The notes beneath the pieces were generated by a model, which saw only the letters and a program-made list of their open reading frames with translations, did not search any database and was not told the DNA's origin. This document shows positions 45,920 through 56,470 of a stretch of 64,000 nucleotides of DNA, in pieces (within the stretch, counting starts at the first letter, position 1; each line of letters opens with the position of its first letter). Position numbers and translations under genes: made by a program. Origin of the DNA: Epithemia pelagica (taxonomy: Eukaryota > Protista > Bacillariophyta); the NCBI GenBank assembly GCA_946965045.2, contig OX337232.1, positions 186,001 to 250,000 on the forward strand, read 5' to 3'.

Positions 45920-47508
45920 TCAGGCAAAGGACTTAATGTCCTGTAGGAGTTTGATGATATCCTCACGGACGATCGACAGTTGATTTTCAGAGGTTTCCGT
46001 GTACAAGAATCGGGAACCAGCCACACAGCGACAAGTAAAGCTGGCTGGACCATCGGTGGGAACTGATACAGATTCAACTTCCATCACCGAGTCTCCATTA
46101 TGCAAGTACTGTGCACCAATCTTGATTTGAACGAGTGCCTGCTGATACTCGTCAACGTGGTTGTCATCTTCGTCTTCAGAAGACTTGCTGTCATCATCGG
46201 ATGTAGAATCGTAAAGGACATCACCTTCCAACATGCGCTTGAGGTTCGGGCATGGTGGAGTGGTTCTGAGCTCTCCATCTTGCTTTAGGTGGTACACATA
46301 ACGTTGGTAACCCACAGTCAAGCGGACATTGTAGGGAGAAAACGTGAAGTCTACCCTGTTCTCGTAGGAACGCCGTTTGAATGGCCGTTCCTCATTCGCC
46401 TGTTCTTGAGGAGCAGTACCAGCAACGACAGTGAGGTTATGACCTCGTTTGAGTAGTAAACCTTGTGGACCGTCCTGCAAAGTCGGGCGGCGTTCAGTGA
46501 ATCCATACGTCGATCCAGGACCAAGGATCAAACGTAAGATCTCGAGTTCGCGTTCTGTTTTGAATCGAATTACGCCTGCGTTAAAGGTAATTTTGATTTT
46601 GGAACGACGTAGGCTCTGATCTAGGTGAAAGAATGATTCCAAAAGCATAACTGGGTGAGAAGGAACAGAACAGAGATAATTGGCAACAAGAGATATGTAT
46701 TGTACCGCTTCCATAGGGATATGGCCAATATTCAATGATGTCACTTCCTTGTCGGACGCTTGTCCGCTCCGTTTGTTCAGGAGTTTGTTCAGAGCACGTT
46801 TCAACCCATATAGTCCATTCCAAATGGATTCGTGCAGACATCTTTGAGGTACTATGAAGGTTCGGCCTTTCTTGAAATCTGGGTGGTCGTTTGGAAAGCC
46901 AAACGCATTCTCCGATGGTAGAGGACGGAGGGTACGTGTCTTTCCACTATTGTCATATTCCACATCTTCCCAAAATCGACAAATGTAGACGTTGAAGAGG
47001 CCCGCTGCCCATGCGTTCTTTGGTTGAGCCATTTCCTTCAGTGTGAAGCAATAGGCAGGAAATAGAGATTTCGGTGATTCATGGTGATTCGAACAAAACC
47101 AACGGAGATCAGCAGACTCGTACAGCTCAGTTTGACTACTGCCCGTTCCGGATAGAATTGGGGCAAAGTTGTGTTTCGGTGTTTTAGATTTCTTGCCTTC
47201 GGGTTTTTTGCGTTTGAAAAGAGGATGAAACAAACGGAGACGGATAGTAGTTTCGTAAGATGAATCCTCCGACGAGACTTCAGTTTGACGACATTCGATC
47301 CGGGCAATGTGAGTCGATGATCCATCCTTTATGCAAACAAATGAACCGATCCGAAGAAAGTCTCGGAGGGACCGATCGTAGTGAGGGTCTTGATTAGGGA
47401 ATACTGTTTTTTCGTAGGGAGGCATGCTAGGTAGAAACAAAGAGAAATCTGATGGTGTCGATCAGAATGAATGATGGTCAATCTTGTTCACTTCGTCTGA
47501 GGTTTCAT
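45920..47508 (-). CDS. Unknown transposon-associated protein (about 507 aa), convergent with the transposase
   Basis: Stop-free 506-codon ORF with globular composition. A possible 17-nt first exon (ATG 47508) joins in frame through a GT..AG intron at 47491-47427. Confidence 0.7.
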
Positions 47509-47756
47509 TGTCGCCTTGGAGGGAGCAATGGATGAAGGTCCGAGGAGGTGAGTGCCAGAGAATAAACGCGAGTGGTGGTGTGACAGTTTATTTATTGGAT
47601 GCGACATGCAAAGACAAATGACATTTTGGGCTACTTAGACGCGCCGGGTGATGTGATTAAGCGCCGGACTGGTCTTTGGGTGGAAATGACGCGTGCTAGC
47701 GGAAAAAATCGAGCACCTAATGCTCGTATTGGTTGTCTTGCGCAACCACATGAATA

Positions 47757-48955
47757 CCCTCGGTATCAGTGTCCACTGCTTAGCTGTTTTTTGTCTGTGC
47801 CACCTTCACAGGTTCCCAAGTGGACACAGACAGCATTTTTCGTTTTTCGTCTGTCTGTCTAACCATTAAAATTCCTCAGGGTTGAAGCAAGGCCAGCGTG
47901 CAAGTGACAGTTGACGGTTGGTGGTTGTCCTCGCCGGGTCACCACGATTCAAATTTGGGCATCCATCATCATCTCGACACCTGTCACAAAAACCCAAAAC
48001 CGAGCCAAATGCTTGACCATGACGTGGGTGAGTACTTATCTTGTTGTCTCTTTTCCGTTTTTCTCACGCATCACTACTGCAGCTGTCTTTCCTATTGTTC
48101 TTGCATGATCCTTTACTTTTGTCTCATTTCGTACGAGTAGATGACAAGCCGCCAGATGTCAACTGGAATATCTTTTCCTTGCCGTAATTGTTTGTTGTTT
48201 GATTGTTTTTTGGCTACTGTCATAAGCTCTATAGGATAGATTATTCTCTCTCGTCTCTCATCATAGCATCATTTCTCAACGATGTTGTTTTTGCATCAAA
48301 TAGATGGGAAGCCATCTTGCCACACCCTACTGACTAATTATCATATCCTACCTAGGTAGTCGACACAGAGTGCTCAAAGTGAGCGGTACAAGCTTGTGAG
48401 AGCTGTTCTGTTGTGTTTTCATAGCGAAACTGAGGGTCATCGTTGTGCTCACAACAAAGAACAAAGCTGCAACGAATTCACGAATTCACAAGGCTCAAAA
48501 GTCTCATGGATGACAAGCACTGGCGTTCTACTACTAGTAAATAAACAAAAGAATGTCTAGAGTATAGAGTTTTTTTAATGCAATCAAAGTTATGGCGCTC
48601 AGCAAAAACCAGTCATTTCTGTTCGACAAGAATGAACAATGAGAGTAATGAGCTGCCCAGCGACTAAACAGATGAGTAGCGTCTCCCACGAGCAGAGCAA
48701 ACAAAAGTGGCAAGTGGCGAGAATTGTGAGCTTGCCCCAAATTATGCAACAGCCAACCGTCATCCACGCAGGGGACGCTTGCTGGGCTTGCGTCCGTTTC
48801 AAACGTCGAAAAATTCAGCTGGGCATGCGTGCCAATTTGCAATTTGATAATTTCTATTTGCATCAAAAGCGAAAAATTCTGTCTGTGTCCACTTGGGAAC
48901 CTGTGAAGGTGGCACAGACAAAAAACAGCTAAGCAGTGGACACTGATACCGAGGG
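47757..48955. mobile_element. Non-autonomous TIR element, 1.2 kb, superfamily unassigned
   Basis: About 80-95-bp TIRs beginning CCCTCGGTATCAGTGTCCACTGC and ending GCAGTGGACACTGATACCGAGGG. No TSD is evident. Confidence 0.7.
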
Positions 48956-49158
48956 ATCCTCGCTCTGGATACCCACATGGAGTACAGCACGAATATCATG
49001 GTGGCAAAGCATTTGGACGCACACAGAGAATCAATCCTGGCTCTGTATCTGGAACCCAAGTAGGTATCCAAGACAATGATCATGGCAACGCAACTGGGGC
49101 AAAGCTGGGAGACAATGGCAACCCAATTGGGGCAGAGCTGGGAAATCTATCTGATCAC

Positions 49159-50122
49159 TTGGCTAGACCTAAAGTGAGAGTTCAGAATGATGGAATAGAG
49201 ATGAACCAAGATGATGGTTCTTGTAATATCAAGAATGAACAAATCATGGGTAACCTTTTATCTAGCTATGCTGGCAATGGAGTGAACGAAGCCTTGAACA
49301 ATCCTAAAGCTAGCTATGATGGCAATCAACTTGGAGTCAAGATCGATCACACTAGTTCTAGCTATTTAGCATCGCTTGGAGAGAGGCTAGCTCTATCTAG
49401 ATCAATCTCGCAACCAAAATGCAAAGAGGGGGTGAAAGTTCCAAAGAATTCCCCGTCAGCAGCAAATGGGGGAGCACTAGTTCTGGAAAAAGACCTTCCA
49501 ACATCAGAAAGGGGGGCAATATGTTTGGAAAAAGACCAACCGGATGAACACGGACAGAGAGCTACTTCGCACTATGTTGACTACCCAAATAGAGTCGAAT
49601 GGGGAGAAGTAAACTATGATGGCAATGGAAGTGGAGCTCAGAAGGGATATCATCGTTGTGATGATGATTTTATTGATGGAGAAGACTCAGGAATGGAGGA
49701 TTATTTTGATGAACATGATATTAGCCATGAAATCATTTTTCTAGACGATCATGATGGAATCAGCAATGGCTACATTATCAATCTCCTCTTCATCCACAAG
49801 ATGAAACAAAGAGGACGATCACTATCTTTTGTGACGACAAATTCATCAGAGGCATGTGGAGGCAAACACATCTATCATAAAGGAAATGATGGACTTAGAT
49901 TTGGCATGCCATGGGGAGACAATATGGGGAGAAATTTAAAGAGTTGGAGAAAACTAAGTCCTAGGGGACCTATGGTTTTCTGTGTCAATGCTAGCATGAC
50001 TAGCCGAGCTATGCGTTCAATGACAAATGTTCATTATGGACGAGAAATTGGGGAGAAATCAAGATTTGTTGGAAATTTGGTGTGTCAATTTGGTTTGGTG
50101 TGTAAATCTGAATCAAGGGGAG
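49159..50122 (+). pseudogene. Degenerate 3' internal region of the LTR element (possible pol linker relic)
   Basis: The ORF runs into the 3' LTR. YPNRVEWGEVNY weakly recalls the copia integrase-RT linker. No RT or RNase H motifs were recognised. Confidence 0.3.
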
Positions 50123-50755
50123 TCGCACAAGTTATTGGTATCCGATCGAGTCGTCTCGATAAGGAGTACACCTTCTTGTGGTTGATTCACTTAACACACC
50201 GTAGACAAGACTCGAACTATCGTAACTAGTTCTCTAGGTATGCTATTGAAGACGAGATTGGCGCCATTGACCATGACGGGACTACCAACATTGGCTTACA
50301 TGTGAGAATCAAAGATACATGTGAGAACCTGTGGTCATTGGGAAATGGACAATCATCCAAGGATACGTACAGGATTCGTAGCCACGGTACATTAGAGATA
50401 TGACCCAGTAGATCCTCGTAGCCTTAGTACATTTGGGAAGAAATGCACGTAGGATCTCTGTACCCAGTACTGGGGATAATAACCTAATGTGGCAGCAAAG
50501 ACAGCCATGGGGAAAGACATACAAATCTAGAATAAAGCTCACAATCTTAAATCTCACCATTCATCACATCTCTTTGTGTCCTACCTACTCTCCTAGTAGC
50601 TGTTAGCCTTTTCCTTGACCCGTGAGGAACTGGCTACGTAGTTGGTGACTCCTGATTGTCCTCTTTGCTCTCTGTCTGCTGAGGCTTTGGTACAGCCTCT
50701 AAAACCTAACACTCACCACATTCCTGTTTGGGCAGACGCCCTTTAACCTTTGCGA
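50123..50755 (+). repeat. 3' LTR, termini TCGCA...TGCGA
   Basis: Direct repeat of 38886-39518, preceded by a purine tract. Confidence 0.9.
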
Positions 50756-51420
50756 CAGTCATTTTGGCCACTGGGAACAATATTCGTAGGTGTTAGGTGT
50801 CCCTGCATCCGAGAAAGCTCTCTTCCCAGATGTTCCTAACTCAATGCTTAAAAATCCTTATCCCTATAATAGGAAGCAGTCATTTTGGCCACTGGGAACA
50901 ATATTCGTAGGTGTCCTTGCATCCGAGAAAGCTCTTTCCCAGATGTTCCTAGGTATTCGTAAAGGGAAGATTGAGTGGTGGTGCCTGGTACTTCTGTTTA
51001 AGACGATTATCTATACTCTACACTGTGTGTCATATCTGACGAGGTGCGAAGTGCGAAGTACAAGCTCGTACGAGAGTAACGAGTAGATGACAATCGATAA
51101 TCAATAATCGATCAAATAATAATCGATACCTTCAAGAGACCCATTAAATAACGGTACTCGCGTAAATCGAGACGGGGTAATAATTAATAATAGGAAGCAG
51201 TCATTTTGGCCACTGGGAACAATATTCGTAGGTGTTAGGTGTCCCTGCATCCGAGAAAGCTCTCTTCCCAGATGTTCCTAACTCAATGCTTAAAAATCCT
51301 TATCCCTATAATACGAGTAGGAAGCAGTCATTTTGGCCACTGGGAACAATGTGTCCCTGCATCCGAGAAAGCGCTTTTCCCAGATGTTCCTAGGTATTCG
51401 TAAAGGGAAGATTGAGTGGT
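50756..51420. repeat. Imperfect tandem repeat, unit about 120-127 bp (GGAAGCAGTCATTTTGGCCACTGGGAAC...)
   Basis: Units start near 50872, 51193 and 51320. One more copy is split by the LTR element (38843-38885 plus 50756 onward). Confidence 0.85.
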
Positions 51421-51462
51421 GGTGCGTGGTGCCCGGTACTTCTGTTCAAGACGATTATCTAT

Positions 51463-52384
51463 TAGAGCTGGGTCAAGCAACAGCTTTTTTCTGCTGGAGA
51501 ACTCAAGCGCTTGAGCGCTTGAGCTAGGACCAAATTCAAGCGCTCAAGCGCTCAAGCGGCAGCGAACAGGGCTAACACGGGAAACTATGGCAATAGACTC
51601 ATCGCAATACCTCTAGTGAAATGGTAACTACTCTTATTATGTAACTGATATGCAATGGAAACTCTGTTAGAAGATACTTCCCCAGTTCTCACGCAAAAAA
51701 TGGAGATCAGAAACTGTTGAAGGATCAAAGTATGATTGTTTTGGCGTGATTATCAGACCAGCAATACTGAATGCCCGTTCAGAGGAGGCTGCTGTTGCCG
51801 GCATGGCAAGATACTTAAGAGCAAGTCACCAAATATTGGGAAACTCACTTGCCTTTCCTTTCCACCAAGAGAGCAAAGGATCTTGTGCAACTTTCGTCCC
51901 AGCCTTGTTCACGTAGTACATTTTAAGTCCTGCCGTTGTACGGAACTTGTCAATTTCAAGACGGCAGATGGTAGCATAGAATACCCCTCCATTATAAATC
52001 TTCCTGGAGTCTCCATTGTCATCCTCTTCGTCATCCATCATTTCTCCCAGCGTGTCACTGACTTCAAACTCCACTTCTGTCCTTGCCCTCTTGGTTGGAG
52101 AAGGAACTTCCTGCTATTAGTTCCTCTTCGGACACTTGCTCATCATTATCATCATCTGGATGGTATGATGACTCATTCTCATCATCACTGGAGTTCTCGG
52201 GCATTTTGGAAAGGTGTGAAGGGCAGATGAATGAGGGTTTTTGCTACGTTTAGGGACTTTCCGGTAGTCCGGGTGCTTGAGCGCTTGAGCTCTCAAGCAA
52301 CACCCTTTCTGCGCTGGAGCTCCTCAAGCGCTTGAGAAGTCAAGCGCTTGAGCGCTTGAGCGCTTGACGCTTGACCCAGCTCTA
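51463..52384 (-). mobile_element. Internally deleted hAT transposon, 922 bp
   Basis: TIRs TAGAGCTGGGTCAAGC / GCTTGACCCAGCTCTA and subterminal CAAGCGCTTGAG repeats. Minus-strand dimerisation domain DPLLSWWK..FPNIW*LALKYLAMPATAASSERAFS. Confidence 0.88.
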
Positions 52385-53022
52385 TAAATAGCGGTACTCG
52401 CGTAAATCGAGACGGGGTAAACTAGAGACCATTGGGAATTGGGACAACCAACGTCAGAGTCATTTGATTCGGAAGTGCGTAAACCCCATTCTCATAGAAT
52501 GTTTCGGGGGCATGTTCAGATGGAACACAGATTAGAAACTACTCCTCAACATTTGTGTGTGTATAAAATCTGTTGATATACTCCTATTTTCGCAAAAACT
52601 AGTATCAGGACGATGGAGAAGGGAGCGGGAAATAGTACTCACTTGTAATTAAGGGGGTCACGAGTAGATTTGGGGGAGGAAGTCATAGGATCTTTGTACA
52701 ATAAACAATAAGGATATATTGGTGGGGCAATTCTCATCTGTGTTACTGGTAGCCAAACGGGGACGAAAATGTCCGCTCTTCTTTTTCCCAATGCATTATC
52801 TCGATTGCGACATTGGACGCTGTCCACCTACTCGTAACTCGTAGCCAAAAGTTGAAGAGTTAGGCTAAAAAAATATAATCGGATGCCTCCGACGAGAGGA
52901 GACGGAGACCAAAATGGAAAAACTTTTTTTGTGAGTTCTCACTTCTTACAACTGGCTCCAAGTCCAATCACATCTTAAACAACACGGCTCCTTTTGTTTT
53001 GGATCATCCTCCGTCCATCAAG

Positions 53023-53846
53023 ATGAGCAATCAATTGTCTTCTACTTCTGTTGTTGCTTCGTGCCTCGACGAAAACGACCACCAACGATCAAGTCCAGCG
53101 TTGCCGTGTTTTCCTTCCAGTCCAAGCATGGAAGAAGAGCCCGAAATTTCTTCTTCTTCGAACAACAAAGATACTTCCTCAGTTCATGTGGAAGATGGAG
53201 TCAAGATTCTCGTCCAAGACGGGTGTTATTTGAAACCCAAGCGATCCTTGACAGCCTACAATCTCTTTTTTCAAGAAGAACGGCGCAAAATGTTGGAGGA
53301 AAAGGCCAGTCAAAACAGTCCAGCCAAGATTGGGTTTGCCGTCATGGCACGTACCGTCTCGGCCCGATGGAAGGTGATTGATGTCCCCACGCGACAGCAT
53401 TACGAAGGCTTGGCCGCCCAAGACAAGATTCGGTATACCAGCGAAATTAAGGTCTGGAAGAAACTGGAAAAGGAAGCCACTCGCAAAAACAAGCAGCAAC
53501 AAAGCAACAAGAACAAGGCTGCACCCAAAGCAGAATCGGATGTAGCTCGCAGTCCCAAGAAGCAAAAGAAGAGTCCCAAGAGTGTGACAACTCCTCCTCG
53601 CAACAACAACAACACCAAGCCAGCCGCATCCATTAGTGCTCCTTCGCTGGATGCGGTGACACCGTTGCCCCTCCACATTCCCCACATTGTCCATGTGCCC
53701 TCCTCCGAGTTGTCCTCCAAGAACGGTTCCTCCTGTCGTCATTCTGCGGATGCCGATCCTTCCTCCATGCTGTCGCTCGATCAATTGTTCTCCCCTCTCC
53801 TTTCTCAGTCCACCAGCATGGCTTGCTGGCCGCAACCAGAAGGACC

Positions 53847-53877
<31 letters not shown>

Positions 53878-54342
53878 GGGTTTCATTCGGCTTGCACACC
53901 GTTGGTGGATATCCTTTCTCAAGCGTACGAGATTTCCCAAGCCATGACCGACGCAGCTCCCTTGACAACGAATGACGGAGCCGCCATGATTGGAGGCCAT
54001 GATGACGACGATGAAGACATTATTTCGGCCGAGGATTTGGCCTTGATTGCTCCGACGGACCAAGGACAAGACGACGATTGCAGTTTGGGAGGGTTTGGTG
54101 ATTACCAGCACCTTGTGGCCAGTATGGATTACCGGCAACCACAAGAACAACTCCTTGGTTCCAGTAGTGCGGCTGCAATGCCAGCCACCATGGTGGTCAC
54201 ACCCAGGTCCTCCATGACCTCGCAGTCGCCAGACGCGGCTTGTTTGAATGTCTTTTCTTCCCTCTCCAATGATACTATCATGGGAATGGATTGTGCCAAC
54301 TTGTTTGTGTCCACCGTTTCCAGTCCTTCGACCTCGACCTAG
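53023..54342 (+). CDS. HMG-box transcription factor, paralog 4 (intact, 439 aa)
   Basis: KPKRSLTAYNLFFQEERR..KIGFAVMARTVSARWK..DKIRYTSEIKVW; poly-Q; EDIISAEDLALI. First ATG is at 53023. Confidence 0.9.
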
Positions 54343-55049
54343 AAGGATGCTGCTACTGCTGCTGCTACTACTCTATCGTTGTACCTCTATTGCCTGTTAC
54401 ACACCAGTGTGAATACTCGTATTGTTCCAGACAGGACGAATAGTCGATTCGTCCATGATCTGGAGAAGCAAACCAAAGACCCAACTAACTACATATTATT
54501 ATAATGAATCTACCTATATTTTATATGTCAAACCCCAACGACGTTTCTTACTCCTCCTCATTGGTACCGTGGAGAGGAATCCATCCTTTGAAGGAAAACC
54601 AAAACGCACCGTATTCCCTAGTAGTGGTGCTTTTTGTGCCAGTCTCGTAACACACCGACACTCCCCCTGCGCTACTAATCGTGCTCACTCACGCGAACTG
54701 TGCTAAAGACTCGTGTGTTTCGCGGGCGCCTCCTCCTGTTCCACCACTGTGGCCCCAAATGGCGCAACCACAACGAGTCTCCTATTGTTGTTTTTTTTGT
54801 TGGCCAGTCTGTCGTGTTGTTGTTGCGGCTGCTGCGGCTGCTGCTTTGGACCGGAGGAGAGTCTTGTCGTCGTAGTAGTAGTAGAAGTACCTTTTATGTT
54901 GTGTCCCCAGTCTCGGCGGTGGTCCTAATCCTCCTCGTTTTCTGTTTCTATTAAAAACACACTTGAGTTTTGTCGTCGTGCTAGTAGTACCTTGGATGTT
55001 GTGTCCCCCGTCTCGGCGGCGGCAGGGTGCTCCTCGTTTTCTGTTTCTT

Positions 55050-56126
55050 TTACAAACACACTTGAATGGGCAAGTCACGCAATGGTTGTGAAGAGACAAA
55101 AAAGTCTCGCACTTGTCGATAGGGGACAATCAAGGTGGTACCCGGTTGGTACGATTGTGCTTCGATCCGTGTGGGAGAATCCAACAAGCCACGTTCGGGA
55201 TCCTCTTCGTCGTCGTCCTCCATGCTCGTTTCGTGGTGCAGCACCACGGGTTGAACGACACGAATCCACACGTGTTGCGTGTCGAGGGGTGGCCGGGGAA
55301 TCATGGCCTCGTCCTCGTCGAGGGATTGCCAGGCCGTTTGACGCCCCATGGCATGGGTCACGGTCCGGTGCATGTGCCGCCGCCACAATTGCTGATAGCC
55401 CTGCACAAAGGACGCTTCGGCCGGACTCAACCAGGAAGAATTATTCTTGGATTGTTGGTGTTCCAGGAGTTGTTGCGCATAATGAGTATGATAGCGTTGC
55501 AACTTGTGCAATCGCACCGCCAACAATTGCCCCATCCAAAAGCGAATGCGTTGCACGTCGAGACGATGCAGGCCTTGCACCAAGGTGTGCAATTGCGCCT
55601 GCGCATGGACTTGATCGCGCGACCGGCCCCATCGTTGTTGTTGTTGCGTTTCGGCTTGGTCCTCGTACTGGGCCTCCCAATCGGCCAAGTGGTCCTGCCA
55701 GGCGGCAAACACGTCTTGCTTCCAGGGCAAGAGTTCGGGCAAGTGCACTTCGTGACGCCACCACAAGTGCAATTCCTGATAGAGCGGGTCGGCAGGTTCC
55801 AATCGAGTCGTAGACGTCGTAGTATTCGTAGGAGTGTCCAACCCAAGAGCATTGCTGCGAGTGGTCTTCAATGACGCAGCAGTTGGAGACAGGGAAACAC
55901 GAGCGGCCGCCGCCGCAGCGGCTTCCTTCAAGGCCAAGGGAATGGCCGGAGGATCACGACCGGCAACCAGATCCTCCTCATCCTCATTGTCGTCTTGGCT
56001 TGTGGGGAACGACTCATTATTCTCGTCTTCTGGAGGTGAAACAAGGTCCGATTCGAATGCACCTTCCGTTTGCTGTTGCAATTCGGCTTGTTCCAATTCT
56101 TCAAACAAGTGATTCAAGTCCGCCAT
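55050..56126 (-). CDS. SLD5: GINS complex subunit Sld5/GINS4
   Basis: WWRHEVHLPELLPW, DVQRIRFWMGQLLAVRLHKLQRY, LSPAEASFV, PRPPLDTQHVWIRV and GTTLIVPYRQVRDF follow the Sld5 motif order. Confidence 0.85.
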   Translation of the reverse strand: MADLNHLFEELEQAELQQQTEGAFESDLVSPPEDENNESFPTSQDDNEDEEDLVAGRDPPAIPLALKEAAAAAAARVSLSPTAASLKTTRSNALGLDTPTNTTTSTTRLEPADPLYQELHLWWRHEVHLPELLPWKQDVFAAWQDHLADWEAQYEDQAETQQQQRWGRSRDQVHAQAQLHTLVQGLHRLDVQRIRFWMGQLLAVRLHKLQRYHTHYAQQLLEHQQSKNNSSWLSPAEASFVQGYQQLWRRHMHRTVTHAMGRQTAWQSLDEDEAMIPRPPLDTQHVWIRVVQPVVLHHETSMEDDDEEDPERGLLDSPTRIEAQSYQPGTTLIVPYRQVRDFFVSSQPLRDLPIQVCL

Positions 56127-56470
56127 GATGGTGTCGTCTTTGATACGAACGATGGGCAACAGGTAAACAAGCACAACAATGGATTGGAAAAAGTGGAAGC
56201 CTTATCCGAGAGCGTCCAGTGTTCGCGCACTATATTGGCTGGCCGGCGTTCTAAAAGCCATGCTTGCGCGCAGAAGCAGCGCGCCAAACACATCCAGCTA
56301 TGTCTCCTATCTAAGGCTATTCCTCGAGCCATGTCGATCTGTGGAGGGAGTGCCCTAGCTTTTGAGACTGTGAACTGGATACTGCATATAATCATACGAC
56401 TAATTTACAACAACAACAACAACACGGGAGAAGGAACTGCTGGTTGCTCTGCATTTCATGTTTTGCAACG

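Larger units (their letters stand above)
38886..50755 (+). mobile_element. LTR element, 11.87 kb, degenerate internal region with nested or cargo sequences
   Basis: Two 633-bp direct repeats; 5-bp TSD CAGTC (38881-85 and 50756-60); PBS-like site at 39519; purine tract AAGGGGAG at 50115-50122; Gag-like relic inside. Confidence 0.88.

Noticed and set aside
45920-47440. RAG2 orthologue
   Set aside because: No kelch (GG..Y/W) repeats or PHD finger are visible; only the gene arrangement resembles ProtoRAG.
34221-48955. One 14.7-kb transposon with 1-kb TIRs
   Set aside because: It would cross rather than nest with the TSD-validated LTR element (38886-50755), and no TSD flanks it.
54870-55075. Tandem duplication of about 105 bp at the 3' end of SLD5
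   Set aside because: An ordinary local duplication with no TIR, TSD or conserved structure.
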